This document shows positions 1 to 13,559 of a DNA stretch of 42,506 bases, one piece after another. The DNA comes from Welwitschia mirabilis (lineage: Eukaryota). The notes under the pieces were generated by a model that made no database searches, had not been told where the DNA came from, and was given only the letters and a program-made list of their open reading frames with translations. Position 1 is the stretch's first letter, and each line of letters opens with the position of its first letter. The stretch covers positions 24,691,596-24,734,101 of the forward strand of contig JBOZIK010000001.1 of NCBI GenBank assembly GCA_051453625.1. The letters are read 5' to 3'. A program made the translations under genes and the position numbers.

Positions 1-950
1 ACTCTATTAATTAAAGCTTACAAAATGTGGATTATAACATATTAGCAACATGTCCATACCATTTATAGGCATAACACTAGATGTCCTTTTTTTCTCTTGA
101 TACTAGATCTTCTTTGTTTTCTCTTGATCTGTTCTTAGTTTGGATTGATCCCTTCTAGTTTTTTTCCTTGTTTCTCTATCGATTATTTTCCTATATAAGA
201 ATTTTTTGAATCTTCTTACCAATAATGCTAATTCATCTTCATTAAGGCCATCATCCCATCTCTCATATTTTACTTCATCATGAACACTTTTTAAAGTAAG
301 AATCTTATTCTTATCTTTTGGAAAATTCAGCTCATAAATTTGATGATTACCTTGTAATTCATCCAGAGCCATTAGGTTGATATACTTACTTTCTTTAATG
401 GTGGTTACATTTGGTTCAAAGTGCTTAGGAAAAGATCTTAATACTTTTTTTACCACTTTTTCTTCCTCTATCTTTTCTTCTAAACTCATTATTGAGTTTA
501 CTATGTCTATTAATTTGACAAAGAACTCTTGGAGAGTTTCTTTCTTATTTATATGAATACCTTTGAACTTGGTGATTAGCATCTAAAGTCTTGTTTGTTT
601 TATGATGGAATTTCCTTCATGAGTAATTTCAAGAATATTTCATGCTTCTTTGGTAGTCTCACAATCTATTATCCTCTTGAATTCTTCTAAACATACAACA
701 CAAGAAATAGCATTATGCACATGGACATTTAAAGTAGCATTCGCTTTGTCAATAAGTATCCATTGATCTTTCAGTTTCTAAATGGTTTTAGAATTTCCAC
801 TACCATTCTTTTTGGTTATTATAGGATGAATGTTTCCATTATAGACAACCTCTTTTATATCTACCTCAAGATACCTAAGAAAAATTCTTAGTCTTCTAAT
901 AAGCACAGTTAGTTCTGTCAAATAATGGTGATTTTTGAATGGAAAATCCA
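1..950 (-). pseudogene. Sirevirus (SIRE/Maximus, Ty1/Copia) gag, decayed; runs off the window start
   Basis: The minus strand reads GFSIQKSPLFDRTNCAY*K (cf. PPLFDGTNYAYWK), then AISCVVCLEEFKRIIDCETTKEA*NILEITHEG. ORF 103-582 (MLITKF..ETLQEFFVKLIDIVNS..EEKIEEEKVVKKVLRSFPKHFEPNVTTIKESK..LDELQG) is a UBN2/Copia gag. A degenerate zinc knuckle I*CYAYKWYGHVAN lies at ~40-90. Stops and frameshifts are present. Confidence 0.9.
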
Positions 951-1017
951 TCTTAGGGGTTACTCATGGCTTGGGTCATGAGTCAAGATTTGTTAGAATC
1001 TATTAATGATTCAACTT

Positions 1018-1029
1018 GCTTTGATATCA
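1018..1029 (-). promoter_or_regulatory. Primer binding site (tRNA-iMet type) of the Sirevirus
   Basis: Minus strand TGATATCAAAGC versus canonical TGGTATCAGAGC (two G>A changes), 2 nt inside the LTR end TCA (1032-1034). Confidence 0.8.
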
Positions 1030-1031
1030 AG

Positions 1032-2046
1032 TGAAGGATCTACAAATCCTAAAGGGGGGTGAATAGGATTTTAACAATAATTTCCTCTAAAAATTATACT
1101 AGCATATATAATAATAATTTTAAACAAACATGAAAAGAGATAGCTAAAAGAATTTAATGAGAGCTAAAAAAGGAAAATAACAATAATGAAAGAATGGAAA
1201 ATGTACACTAGATAAAGCAATTTATAGTGGTTCAGGAAACTCCCCTACTCCAATCTCAACTATTAGCTTCAATCTTAAGCTGATTTACATCTTCATTACT
1301 TTTCTTCAAAGTTTATAGGTTAAATTCTAGCCTTTATAAATAGAATTTTTAAGGCTCAGACTCAACCTTACAGAGCAAAGCTTTTGGTGAAGGAAGTATG
1401 TCTATATGCACTGGTTCTCCCAATATAAATTACAATAATGATTTACCACACTGCTTAGAGTAACAGTTCACAAGTACAAGCTCGTGCAGTGTTGGTGTAT
1501 CCCTTAATCAAAAAGATATCAATGGTACAAACATTCTTTCCTTATAAAAATTTAATGGTCAAAAAATTCCTATTTATTTTTTATATAAGAGACACATTTA
1601 GTACATAGAAAATGGATCTAACATAATAATAACTAAATCTAGTATGGAGTAATGTCTAGAAAATAGTCTAAAAAGTTCCACTTTTTCACTAATCAGTCAA
1701 TTCCTTGAAACATCTAGTTAACTGATTAATTAACATCACTTAACTTGGTTAACTCCTTGGTCATCCGGTTGAACCAAATAACTCATGTCAGTTGATCCAA
1801 TTAATCTTAGATGATGTCTGGTTGACTGCTTTGCGTAGGTTTGGTTANNNNNNNNNNNNNNNNNNNNNNNNNNNNNNNNNNNNNNCTAATCATCCCCTTC
1901 TAGAATCTAATTAATCCCTATTTAACTTTGATAATTTTTGGAAATAGGATCTTGAGAAAACATCCATGTTCATTTCTTCTACAAGGATTCATCGACATGT
2001 AACTTTTTCAACATATTTAATATACAAACGAATTATCAGTTTAACA
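1032..2046 (-). mobile_element. Sirevirus 5' LTR (distal boundary uncertain)
   Basis: It ends in TCA next to the PBS. It has the C-rich Sirevirus terminal motif CCTATTCACCCCCCTTT (rc of 1051-1067), ATTTATAGTGGTTC at ~1220, and a cluster of decayed palindromes at ~1694-1828. The candidate start TGTTAA (rc, 2041-2046) is a guess. Confidence 0.65.
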
Positions 2047-3149
2047 TCAATTTGATAATATAACTCAATACTATGATGGTAGAAATTAGAAAATTAAATG
2101 CTATTAGTATGGAGAACCAAAGATTCTATGGAGAAGGGAATACTACAAACAGTCATGCTTGGATTTCTTGGATAACAAATGCATTAGGATCATGCTTATT
2201 ACTGCTATATCATTTTGGCTTCTTATTTTGCTACTTAGCATTTTCAATTTTCTATGAGATGAAATCCTTCAAAATGGATGGAATATTCTAATCAATGGAG
2301 GATAAATTAGGAAATTCCTCTGTTATATGATAATTAAAGGAATGTTACTCAGTGCTTTAATAGTATCACATTTAAAATTTTATTAATAAATGAAACAAGA
2401 CACTTAGGATGTAGCTCATTCATCATTAGATAAAAAATAGCATTTTAATGTTGATTCTCTTGAAGAAATACACATTAGGATTTTAATAAAACATTATTAA
2501 AGTCATCAAGAATCTAAAATGATCATCATCAAATATAAAAGATTTTCAAATACTTTTTGAAATGTAATTACAAAGCTCCTCTAATAAATCAAAATTTAAA
2601 CCAGAAGAATTCTTTTAGTAGCATGATAAGATGCAAGTCCCTTTATGCTTTCTGATGCCAGTGTTATAATACATTCCATAGACTAATATACTTAAAAACT
2701 ATGTTTCTCTTTATAAGACCCTTAAGTTTTCACTTGGGGTGATGTTGGTCACAATAGTTAGGTTTCTAGGTAATTATTTTGAATCAATACAACAGTGGTA
2801 TACTATAGATTTTTAATGATTAAATATTACTTATCTAAAGAATAAACTAATTTGTATAAAACTTATTAACTAGTTTATTTCTAATGGATGTCAAGATTTA
2901 ATGATCTATTATCTTGAAAAGAGTTTAGAAAAGAATATTATTTGTAGTAATTTTTCTATTCCTATCCCTTCTTTTATGTTGTAGGAAGTAGTTTCATGAT
3001 GAGTGATTTTAAATGGTACTTTAATTGCTTTTCTAAGATCTTAATTAATAGCTTATTAATTTAATAAGGATGTCATCTATTAGTAGATTTATGGTGGATA
3101 TGCATTTCATGTTTAAGATTATCATGTTTTTATCTTTAAGATCAATACA

Positions 3150-4140
3150 ATGGAAAGGTAATAGTTCTTTTTCTTATTGTAAGAAAAAAAATCTGTCATA
3201 TGCTTTTGAAGACAAACCCATTAATAATCAATGTGATAAATTATGATATATCTTAAACTTAAAGAGTCGATAGATATTAAGATTTTAACACATTTAAAAG
3301 TTACTTTCCTTATCAACATAGCGATCCTTTTTGTGGTACCTTCTTTATTAAGTTGTACCTATTGGTAGAAGGATTTTCCACTTGGAATTTGTATCTTATA
3401 CTTGCACTTAGCATTGAATATAGATTTCATCATTACTTCATTGACTACTTCATCACTTTAAACATTTATACATGGGTTACTATATCCTTCCAATGATTTG
3501 TCTAATCTAAAAGCATATACTACTTAGAGATTCCCCAAATCTTCCAAGACACTATTTATTTTTTTAGAATTATTTTATAGATTACATCCTTTACATAATT
3601 CAGAATCATAATAGAAATGTATTTGTTAAAGAATTGATAACTCTAGTTTTCTAGATCTAATATTGAAGGTTACTATTCTACAAAGTATTGATTTTTACAT
3701 CAATATTAAAGTTTTAAAAATTATTTAGAGTTAATTATCTTTTCTGTCCATTAGAGAACTAGTTAGATGGACCTTATTCAATTTTACATATTCCTCCTAA
3801 ACATATTGATTATTTTATAGCATATAATTTGTTTAAACCTCTATGTCAGCCCATACATAAATTATAACTAGTAGATAAAGCAAGAGAAAATAACACTGGC
3901 TTTATACCACTTTAGAATCATGTAAAAAAGGATGCTTATAGTTTTTCCTTCCTTCCATTTAATTTATATCATATTTCTCTTTTTCAACCATTTTCTATTA
4001 CTACTCTAAGATTATTTATCATTGATTGTGATGATTAATTACCTTGTCATAAACAATTATGTTTTTACTGCACTATATGTATAGCCTTATCATAGGCTTC
4101 TGAACCTTGAATATGGATTCTTGATATTGTCTTTAATTAA
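3150..4140 (-). pseudogene. Highly decayed LINE ORF1-like (DUF4283/zf-CCHC_4-like) remnant
   Basis: A long stop-riddled minus frame reads ...ILCRIVTFNIRSRKLELSIL*QIHFYYDSELCKGC...SVLEDLGNL*VVYAFRLDKSLEGYSNPCINV...YKIQIPSGKSFYQ*V. This resembles plant L1 ORF1 motifs (LGxP..D..T..K.RLGYARVCV; I.LP.G.SF.Q.V.YE). The match is weak. Confidence 0.35.
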
Positions 4141-5879
4141 TTGATTCTTTTTGAATGCTAAGAAGAAAGAGAATCAATATATTTAGTAAGACATTAAGAA
4201 AGAACTTTACTTTTGCGGAAATACACAAAAGGGTAGTAGTACTTTTAAGAAATAAAATTGAAGAAACAATTACAGTTTTAAGGGTAGATTGAAACATTGA
4301 TATGAAAAAAATCAATAACATGGAGAATATTATCTAGGATTCAGTTTCTTAATTGAATTGTTATCTAATCAAACTTCTTAGCTTAATGGTATGTCTTAAA
4401 ACCTAGTAAGTACAAAATAAAAATTAAAAACCTTCTCAAACAAAGATGCTATTCCTGAGAAGTTATAAAAAAAATAAAAGTTTGAAGAAGTTTTTCTTTA
4501 TTAGAAGAGATGAATAATAATGAAGAAGGAAAATAAAAGCCCTTAAACTATGCATGGAGAGATTAACAAAAAGAAAAAAGAGAATAAATATCTTCTAATA
4601 GAAGTTTCTTAAAATTTTTTAGGAATAAATGCATATTTTAGAGTAGTCATTTCAAGATGATTTTAGAGTGGGACTAAAGGGTACAAATCTCACCATATCG
4701 TATATTCTTTATGGACCATTTTACCAGAGTTAGAGTTTGGAATAAGAAAAGGAATATAAAGGGGAAAAATATTTAAATTAATGAAACTATTACAAAATCT
4801 GAGTAGTAAAACAATATAAAAAAATGATAGAAATTTAAGAAAGCATGTAAGAAAGGTAAATTTTCTTATGTAAACGCAAAATCTAGCTATGATTAAATAT
4901 AAAAGTGATTTAAAAATGTATATATTCTTTGCGTTATGATTTCATCAATATTGAGTGTTGTTGTTTCATCGATATCAATGGTGGAGTTTTAAATAAAATT
5001 TTAATACCCTTATTTTTGTCATGTGCTTGGTCACGCAAGAGGTCAACTGAGTTATGTTAGGAATAGTATCTTGTAAATTAGCTTAGTAATGATTCATTAA
5101 TAAGTTAATAAGGTAGTCAAGATTGATAAGAAAGAGTAAGATGTTAGAATTTCAATATATGAGTTAAGATGATCTTTATCAAACTTANNNNNNNNNNNNN
5201 NNNNNNNNNNNNNNNNNNNNNNNNNNNNNNNNNNNNNNNNNNNNNNNNNNNNNNNNNNNNNNNNNNNNNNNNNNNNNNNNNNNNNNNNNNNNNNNNNNNN
5301 NNNNNNNNNNCATTGATATTAATGGTGGAGTTTTAAATAAAATTTTAATACCCTTATTTTTGTCATATGCTTGGTCACGCAAGAGGTCAACTGAGTTATG
5401 TTAGGATTAGAATCTTGTAAATTAGCTTAGTAATGATTAATTAATATGTTAATAAGGTAGTCAATATTGATAAGAAAGAGTAAGATGTTAGAATTTTAAT
5501 ATATGAGTTAAGATGATCTTTATCAAACTTACAATTAATTGTAGGTTAAGCATAATTAATTATGTAAAATATTAATGTTAATTATGCATAAAATATAAAA
5601 TATAAGGTTTGTATGAACTATAAATATGGTCATTAACATTTATTTGTTGAGATGAGGTTTAGATGTTAATGAATTGGAATTTGTTAAATGTTGTTAAATG
5701 TTAATGTTTCTTAATAAGGCATCATTAGAATATGTCAAATATTAATAATGTAGTTATTACTAAGTTATTTTAAAGGGTTATGTTTTGATTAAAAATGCTA
5801 ACTTTGATTTGTAAAATATGATACTGTAAAAGGTTAACGTCGATGAGTATACTAATTAATGGAATTATAATAAACAAGA

Positions 5880-8126
5880 ACAGAATATACTAAACCAGAA
5901 AATTTACATTTGGGTGGGGGGCTATGAGAGATTCCCAAAGTAACAAATCGGCATCTCTTCAGCCTATGAATTATTGCAAGCATGACCTCTTATTTCGTAG
6001 CATCTATGTTTATATCTTCCTATGGGTTATGTTGCCTTTCTTCTAAAGAGGAACCCATGGTTGAATTCTAAGTAGGACTGGGGCTTCTTTTCAGCAGAGG
6101 GGAAGCCTAACTATGTGGTTGTTCCCTCTGCTCTTGGAAGTCAATTGGTATCTACTCTTGATATGTTTCTTAATCTATCTCCTAAGCTATCTCCTTTTAG
6201 AATGGGAGTAAATTTAGCTACTCTATCTGGGGTTCTGGGGATAGAGTCTTTCCTTGCTGAGAGCTAGGAGTTCCCTGTGTAACATTCCCCTCAGATTGAA
6301 GGGATTATTTTGTGATAGCTCTTATCTTAGATTTTATCCTTGGAGGAGTCTATTGGAGGTATTACTCTAATCTCATTGGTTACCCTCTAAAGCACCAAAA
6401 TTAATCCTAAATGCCTATTTGTATCTTTTCATTAAAGGACCTGAACAAAGAAGAAGGGAAAATTCACCTAGTTCCTTAGGTCTAGTGCTTTGAGAAAAGT
6501 GAAGTATAGTCCTAAGATCTTTGAGCAATAGCCATATTAAATGAAGTTTTGGTTGATTAATTCTATACCCAAGCCCCAAGGGGGCGGAAGCGCATTCCAG
6601 CTAATGTGTCCACTAGACATCTTAGGGACACTGCCAGGAAAGAAATGAAGAGCCTCTCGTCGTCCTTAGCTTCTAAATGGTATACTTTCTCTAGCTTCTA
6701 GGATTTTTAAGGGTCTTAAAAGAGATTCTTTAGTTATTTTAATGAGAATTATTCTAAAGATTATGTGCTTTCCTCTCCAATATCTGTAAAATGGGTTAAT
6801 ATCAGCCCTTGGCTCTTTCTTAAGTTTGTGCAGGAGGGTTTCTTTTCCCAAAACCTACACTTTGTCCCATAGGTTTGGACATCCTTTAAATAGACTAGGA
6901 TCGGAGGACTCAATGTGGGTGTAGCTTCTATTATAATTCTGATTTAAGAATGGTAACACTTGATCTTCTTAGTGGTATTTAATGAAAATGGTTAAGGGGG
7001 CACTATTGAAAATGAAATCATTTTTGATTCTCTAAGTCTTCCAATAAGTTAAGCGAATCCCATCATTTAAGTAAGTATTAGATGTGTTATAGGTCTAGTA
7101 GTACTTCTTCATTATTACCAGTAATTCTTTACTCTAAGTACATTGCTAAAATAGGTGGTTTGTATTTTTAGGATAAGACTAACAACCAAGATAGATTATT
7201 TTCACTTAAAAACCCCTCTTAAACAATTGATCTATAGTGAGGACTTTATAGTAATTCTTTAGCTAATAGAACACTTTAATTTTTCTAGAATTTAACCCTT
7301 CTAGAGTTTATTTTATGAGTCACGTTTCTCATATTTCTTTTAGAGGATTTGTTTGGCTATATTTGCATGGAAAATGTTTAAGTCTAGTAGATGTCTTCAA
7401 GCTTTGATGAGATATTTTCTCAAGTATACTTCTCCATGATTGGTGCTCTAATTTGAGCATTTATAATTGATTAAGTCACTTCAAGGTTGTNNNNNNNNNN
7501 NNNNNNNNNNNNNNNNNNNNNNNNNNNNNNNNNNNNNNNNNNNNNNNNNNNNNNNNNNNNNNNNNNNNNNNNNNNNNNNNNNNNNNNNNNCTTAGTGGTA
7601 TTTAATGGAAATGGTTAAGGGGGCACTATTGAAAATCAAATCATTTTTTATTCTCTAAGTCTTCCAATAAGTTAAGTGAATCCCATCATTTAAGTAAGTG
7701 TTAGATGTGTTGTAGGTCTAGTAGTACTTCTTCATTATTACCAGTAATTCTTTATTCTAGGTACATTGCTAAAATAGGTGGTTTACATTTTTAGGATAAG
7801 ACTAACAGCCAAGATAGATTATTTTCACTTAAAAACCCCTCTTACACAATTGATCTATAGTGAGGACTTTATGGTAATCCTTTAGCTAATAGAATACTTT
7901 AATTTTTCTAGAATTTAACCCTTCCAGAGTTTATTTTATGAGTCATCTTTCTCATATTTTTTTTAGAGGATTTGTTTGGCTGTATTTGCATGGAAAATGT
8001 TTAAGTCCAGTAGATGTCTTCGAGCTTTGATGAGATATTTTCTCAAATAGACTTCTCCATGATTGGTGCTCTAATTTGAGTATTTATAATTGATTAAGTC
8101 ACTTCAAGGTTGTTATTCTCCCTCGG
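5880..8126 (-). mobile_element. L1 LINE copy A, 3' part of ORF2 (post-RT, zf-RVT, RNase H-like) and 3' end
   Basis: Collinear with 18620-19730 at roughly 80% identity. It has KCRFWEKKPS (the CxxC equivalent), AFRINFGAL (RNase H N-terminal KINFDA-like) and ISRVDTN*LPRAEGTTT*LG (RNase H C-terminal W.PRE.N..AHWL-like). It ends exactly at the Athila LTR start, 8127. Confidence 0.8.
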
Positions 8127-9709
8127 TGTTGCGGTGTGTATTTGTGCAAGATTTNNNNNNNNNNNNNNNNNNNNNNNNNNTAACCAAAATAGATATTTTA
8201 CACAATACATCACACTAGTATAATGGGAGTTAATTCAAAATGTCATATCCACATTGAAGTCTATGAGTATGAGACTCAGGTTTCTTTGCAAATGAAACTA
8301 GGAATGAAAAATAAATAATAATGAAAGGAAATAAAGATATAATCCAAGATGCAAGATTCAATCTAAACTAACATTCAATGCAAAAAATAGAACTAACTCC
8401 ACTTGCTTTTAACCTTAACAAAGACTACCCATGATGATATAAGTCACCCAAGAAATTGTCACTAGATCAAAGGCAATCATAAATCATAAGGGTAATCAGA
8501 AAACCTAAGATGCAAACATGAAAAGAAAACTAAGTTTCATATTAAATGAGTAACAACATCTGGGTTACAAAATAGCTGAGTCTTAATAGAGGATACACAG
8601 CCCTCCACTAAGTGCACATCTTTCTACAACACTCAAGATGGATCTGTTGTCCTTCGATCTCCTATCATGAGAATTTCTGGTGCAATGAAGATAAGAAGGA
8701 GAGTCGAAGAAGGACTTATTTATAAGAAAATATAGCAGAAGAAGACAAAGTAGTAGATGCAGAAAGGCGAACTCCTTTATAGCTCAGTAATGGATGAAAT
8801 GGTTAAGGGTAGCTGTCAGAGTCAGTTATAAGTTAGTGTCATTTGGAATTTTAACCAGACAATAAGGAGGATGATAGTACATTATAAAATATAATTTAAA
8901 TTAATAACTCATCAGTGATTCAGTGGTCCACATTAGCAGTTGTCGTCCTACCTGTCATGGGGACGATAGAAGGGACGACGGTCTTCTTTGATCATTCCTT
9001 GAAGAGAACTTAGCATTTTTGTCATTAATCCTTCTTTAAAGCTCTATGCATCAGAAAATGCCTTTAATACATTAATTTTGAATAAGAATTGCAGTTTTCT
9101 AGAATTCCTCTTGTATCTCCAAAATCNNNNNNNNNNNNNNNNNNNNNNNNNNNNNNNNNNNNNNNNNNNNNNNNNNNNNNNNNNNNNNNNNNNNNNNNNN
9201 NNNNNNNNNNNNNNNNNNNNNNNNNNNNNNNNNNNNNNNNNNNNNNNNNNNNNNNNNNNNNNNNNNNNNNNNNNNNNNNNNNNNNNNNNNNNNNNNNNNN
9301 NNNNNNNNNNNNNNNNNNNNNNNNNNNNNNNNNNNNNNNNNNNNNNNNNNNNNNNNNNNNNNNNNNNNNNNNNNNNNNNNNNNNNNNNNNNNNNNNNNNN
9401 NNNNNNNNNNNNNNNNNNNNNNNNNNNNNNNNNNNNNNNNNNNNNNNNNNNNNNNNNNNNNNNNNNNNNNNNNNNNNNNNNNNNNNNNNNNNNNNNNNNN
9501 NNNNNNNNNNNNNNNNNNNNNNNNNNNNNNNNNNNNNNNNNNNNNNNNNNNNNNNNNNNNNNNNNNNNNNNNNNNNNNNNNNNAATTGCAGTTTTCTAGA
9601 ATTCCTCTTGTATCTCCAAAATCCTCAAAATTACACTTAAACTTGTATAAAATTCATTCAAAACAACTCATAAAACCCCATCAAATAACCTTAAATTAGC
9701 AGTGCAACA
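8127..9709 (-). repeat. 3' LTR of the Athila-type element (contains gaps)
   Basis: Starts TGTTGCGGTGTG (8127) and ends GCAGTGCAACA (9709). Collinear with 16361-17409 at roughly 80-85% identity. TATA (rc TATAAATA) at 8717-8724. Confidence 0.88.
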
Positions 9710-9745
9710 TAGACCCTACTTAGCCTTTCTCAGTTCCTAACAAAA
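9710..9745 (-). promoter_or_regulatory. Polypurine-tract region next to the 3' LTR
   Basis: rc TTTTGTTAGGAACTGAGAAAGGCTAAGTAGGGTCTA directly before the LTR resembles the Athila pre-LTR motif TTGCT.G.GGAC.AGCAAAG..TAAGT.TGGGG. Confidence 0.6.
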
Positions 9746-12479
9746 ACCAGGCAAAAAAACCATAATTGTGAGCCAATTTGTTTTTTAAAAGATAAATTTG
9801 GAAGTTATAAAATAGGCTCNNNNNNNNNNNNNNNNNNNNNNNNNNNNNNNNNNNNNNNNNNNNNNNNNNNNNNNNNNNNNNNNNNNNNNNNNNNNNNNNN
9901 NNNNNNNNNNNNNNNNNNNNNNNNNNNNNNNNNNNNNNNNNNNNNNNNNNNNNNNNNNNNNNNNNNNNNNNNNNNNNNNNNNNNNNNNNNNNNNNNNNNN
10001 NNNNNNNNNNNNNNNNNNNNNNNNNNNNNNNNNNNNNNNNNNNNNNNNAACTTGCAAAACATAGTGCAAAGCTGAGTCATGTAAAATTTGAAAAATATAG
10101 AGATATTAAATATTCTAACAAGTAAAGAAAAAGAGTGAATAATAAGAATATTTTGTCATAAAAAGAACATGAGCAGCACTTACAACATCAAAAATATTAA
10201 ATATAAATAGCACAAATTTATTGAGAAAACACTCATCTAGGAATTTATCTTTTATTGAGAACTTGAATAAGGAAAACATGCTAAGAAAATGTAGTAATGA
10301 ATTTGAAATAATTAACCAAATCATAAAAGAAAACAAGAAGAATGGGCATAATATAACATAAATAAAAGATAGCTTACTGATCTGATATTTTAACCTAGTA
10401 GACTCCCATGAAAGAAATCAGAACATTACTTCATGTGAAGAATTCATGACTTAATGTACACAAATTCTATTTGATAAGGCAGGGATTATGACAATGCTAG
10501 AGTAAAAATGCTTTAAACAATGAATGATTAGACTAATGAATTACTCAAAAATGAACTCTCCTATCATCATCTCAAAAACAAATATCTAACTCTCAAGAAA
10601 TGAAATGATCATGTGGAAAGACTAAGAGTCTAGGAAATAAGTAATGCTTATGATAATACCAGGAACACCATTGATCTCATAGCCTCAAAGTTTAAATACA
10701 ACTTTATTATCTATGATGAGGGGAGTGCAACCACAGTTAGAGAAGTAAGGACCTACGAAGTATGACCAACTAACCTCCCACTACAGTTCCCACAACTACT
10801 ATATTACACTATCAAAGATACCTCTCAAAAATATTTTCCCTGGTGTACTTGTGGTAGGACATCATAGTGATCATGTATTTAAGATAGTATACAACGAAAA
10901 TATTATGGTCTTTATTTCACTCTTTTTTTTTTTAAATAAAACAACAGTCCACATGACCAAGTACTCTAAAAGACAAAGGTGAAAGTCATAATATTAAGAC
11001 AAAAAAGAACACTCTAAATAATTTAAGACCTTTTTACCATTGAGAAAAACATTAAAAATAAAGTATCTTTCTTTAATTAAAGTTTATGGACTTGTGAATG
11101 TCCTAAGATTGGGTGAATTCAATCTTACCACTAAAATGCCCAAGTCAAAAGACTCATCATGGAAATAAATACATAAATCATGTGTAAAAGATGATTAAGT
11201 AATACCATAATAATCTTCCAAANNNNNNNNNNNNNNNNNNNNNNNNNNNNNNNNNNNNNNNNNNNNNNNNNNNNNNNNNNNNNNNNNNNNNNNNNNNNNN
11301 NNNNNNNNNNNNNNNNNNNNNNATCTTACCACTGAAATGCCCAAGTCAAAAGACTAATCATGGAAATAAATACATAAATCATGTGTAAAAGATGATCAAG
11401 TAATACCATAATAATCTTCCAAAGGAAAAAGATAAGAGAAAATTCAGATGGTTTACTCTTGTAATTCTAATTTTGCCCATTCACATCCTATAATTCTTAA
11501 GCAGTTAAGTCAAAAATCTAAAAAGAGGCATAAAAATTTATTTTCTTAAATAATAAAAAACAAAAATAAACATTTTATTGACTATCGTCTGGCTCATTGT
11601 CCAGACGACAAAGGGGACGNNNNNNNNNNNNNNNNNNNNNNNNNNNNNNNNNNNNNNNNNNNNNNNNNNNNNNNNNNNNNNNNNNNNNNNNNNNNNNNNN
11701 NNNNNNNNNNNNNNNNNNNTAAAAATGTATTTTCTTAAATAATAAAAAAACAAAAATGAACATTTTATTGACTATCGTCTGGCTCATTGTCCAGACGACA
11801 AAGGGGACGACAGAGGTAGAAGAACAGAAAATTATTAGAAAACATAGAAATTTAATAAAAAGCTAGAAAAATTAACAATATTAATTATTGTCCACCTTGT
11901 CATGGGAATAATAGAGAAGACAACACATTATTATTATAGAAAATAGANNNNNNNNNNNNNNNNNNNNNNNNNNNNNNNNNNNNNNNNNNNNNNNNNNNNN
12001 NNNNNNNNNNNNNNNNNNNNNNNNNNNNNNNNNNNNNNNNNNNNNNNNNNNNNNNNNNNNNNNNNNNNNNNNNNNNNNNNNNNNNNNNNNNNNNNNNNNN
12101 NNNNNNNNNNNNNNNNNNNNNNNNNNNNNNNNNNNNNNNNNNNNNNNNNNNNNNNNNNNNNNNNNNNNNNNNNNNNNNNNNNNNNNNNNNNNNNNNNNNN
12201 NNNNNNNNNNNNNNNNNNNNNNNNNNNNNNNNNNNNNNNNNNNNNNNNNNNNNNNNNNNNNNNNNNNNNNNNNNNNNNNNNNNNNNNNNNNNNNNNNNNN
12301 NNNNNNNNNNNNNNNNNNNNNNNNNNNNNNNNNNNTCATCTAAATTCAAATTATGATTTTTAATTTTTTTTATGAAATGGACAATCTTTCTCATAATGTT
12401 TCTTTAAAAGTTGGACTTTCTTATACTCTAAAGGTTTAACATCTTCATTTTTAAGTTGGTCATAACAAAACACATGATT

Positions 12480-12840
12480 ATTTGATTTCATCTCTTTTTA
12501 TTTAAGTGAGTGATGTTGAGGGAATAAAGTTGCTTTGATATTACTTGCAATGTTTATTTCATAGTCACTCAAATCTTTCTCAGNNNNNNNNNNNNNTCTA
12601 ATTGAAAAAGTTCTATTTCCAAAATGATATTTCATTGTTATTTCTCTGGTATCAATGATGTAGTGGGTTGTTGCATAAGAGGCTCTACCTAAAAGTAAAG
12701 GATATCCTCGGTTATGCTCAACTTTTATGATAATCACATCTATTGGATAGCAAGCCTCTTCTATTTAAATTGCAAAATCTTTAATAATGCCTAAAGGTTT
12801 TTTAATTGATGTTTTTGCTAATTATAAGACAACCAAGATA
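12480..12840 (-). pseudogene. Retroviral-type aspartic protease, C-terminal half (Athila)
   Basis: L*LAKTSIKKPLGIIKDFAI*IEEACYPIDVIIIKVEHNRGYPLLLGRASYATTHYIIDTRE matches LQLADRS..YP.GI.EDV.V......PVDF.IL....PLILGRPFLAT..A.ID. Confidence 0.85.
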
Positions 12841-13559
12841 NNNNNNNNNNNNNNNNNNNNNNNNNNNNNNNNNNNNNNNNNNNNNNNNNNNNNNNNNNNN
12901 NNNNNNNNNNNNNNNNNNNNNNNNNNNNNNNNNNNNNNNNNNNNNNNNNNNNNNNNNNNNNNNNNNNNNNNNNNNNNNNNNNNNNNNNNNNNNNNNNNNN
13001 NNNNNNNNNNNNNNNNNNNNNNNNNNNNNNNNNNNNNNNNNNNNNNNNNNNNNNNNNNNNNNNNNNNNNNNNNNNNNNNNNNNNNNNNNNNNNNNNNNNN
13101 NNNNNNNNNNNNNNNNNNNNNNNNNNNNNNNNNNNNNNNNNNNNNNNNNNNNNNNNNNNNNNNNNNNNNNNNNNNNNNNNNNNNNNNNNNNNNNNNNNNN
13201 NNNNNNNNNNNNNNNNNNNNNNNNNNNNNNNNNNNNNNNNNNNNNNNNNNNNNNNNNNNNNNNNNNNNNNNNNNNNNNNNNNNNNNNNNNNNNNNNNNNN
13301 NNNNNNNNNNNNNNNNNNNNNNNNNNNNNNNNNNNNNNNNNNNNNNNNNNNNNNNNNNNNNNNNNNNNNNNNNNNNNNNNNNNNNNNNNNNNNNNNNNNN
13401 NNNNNNNNNNNNNNNNNNNNNNNNNNNNNNNNNNNNNNNNNNNNNNNNNNNNNNNNNNNNNNNNNNNNNNNNNNNNNNNNNNNNNNNNNNNNNNNNNNNN
13501 NNNNNNNNNNNNNNNNNNNNNNNNNNNNNNNNNNNNNNNTTTGTGAGTTGGCCATTTGG

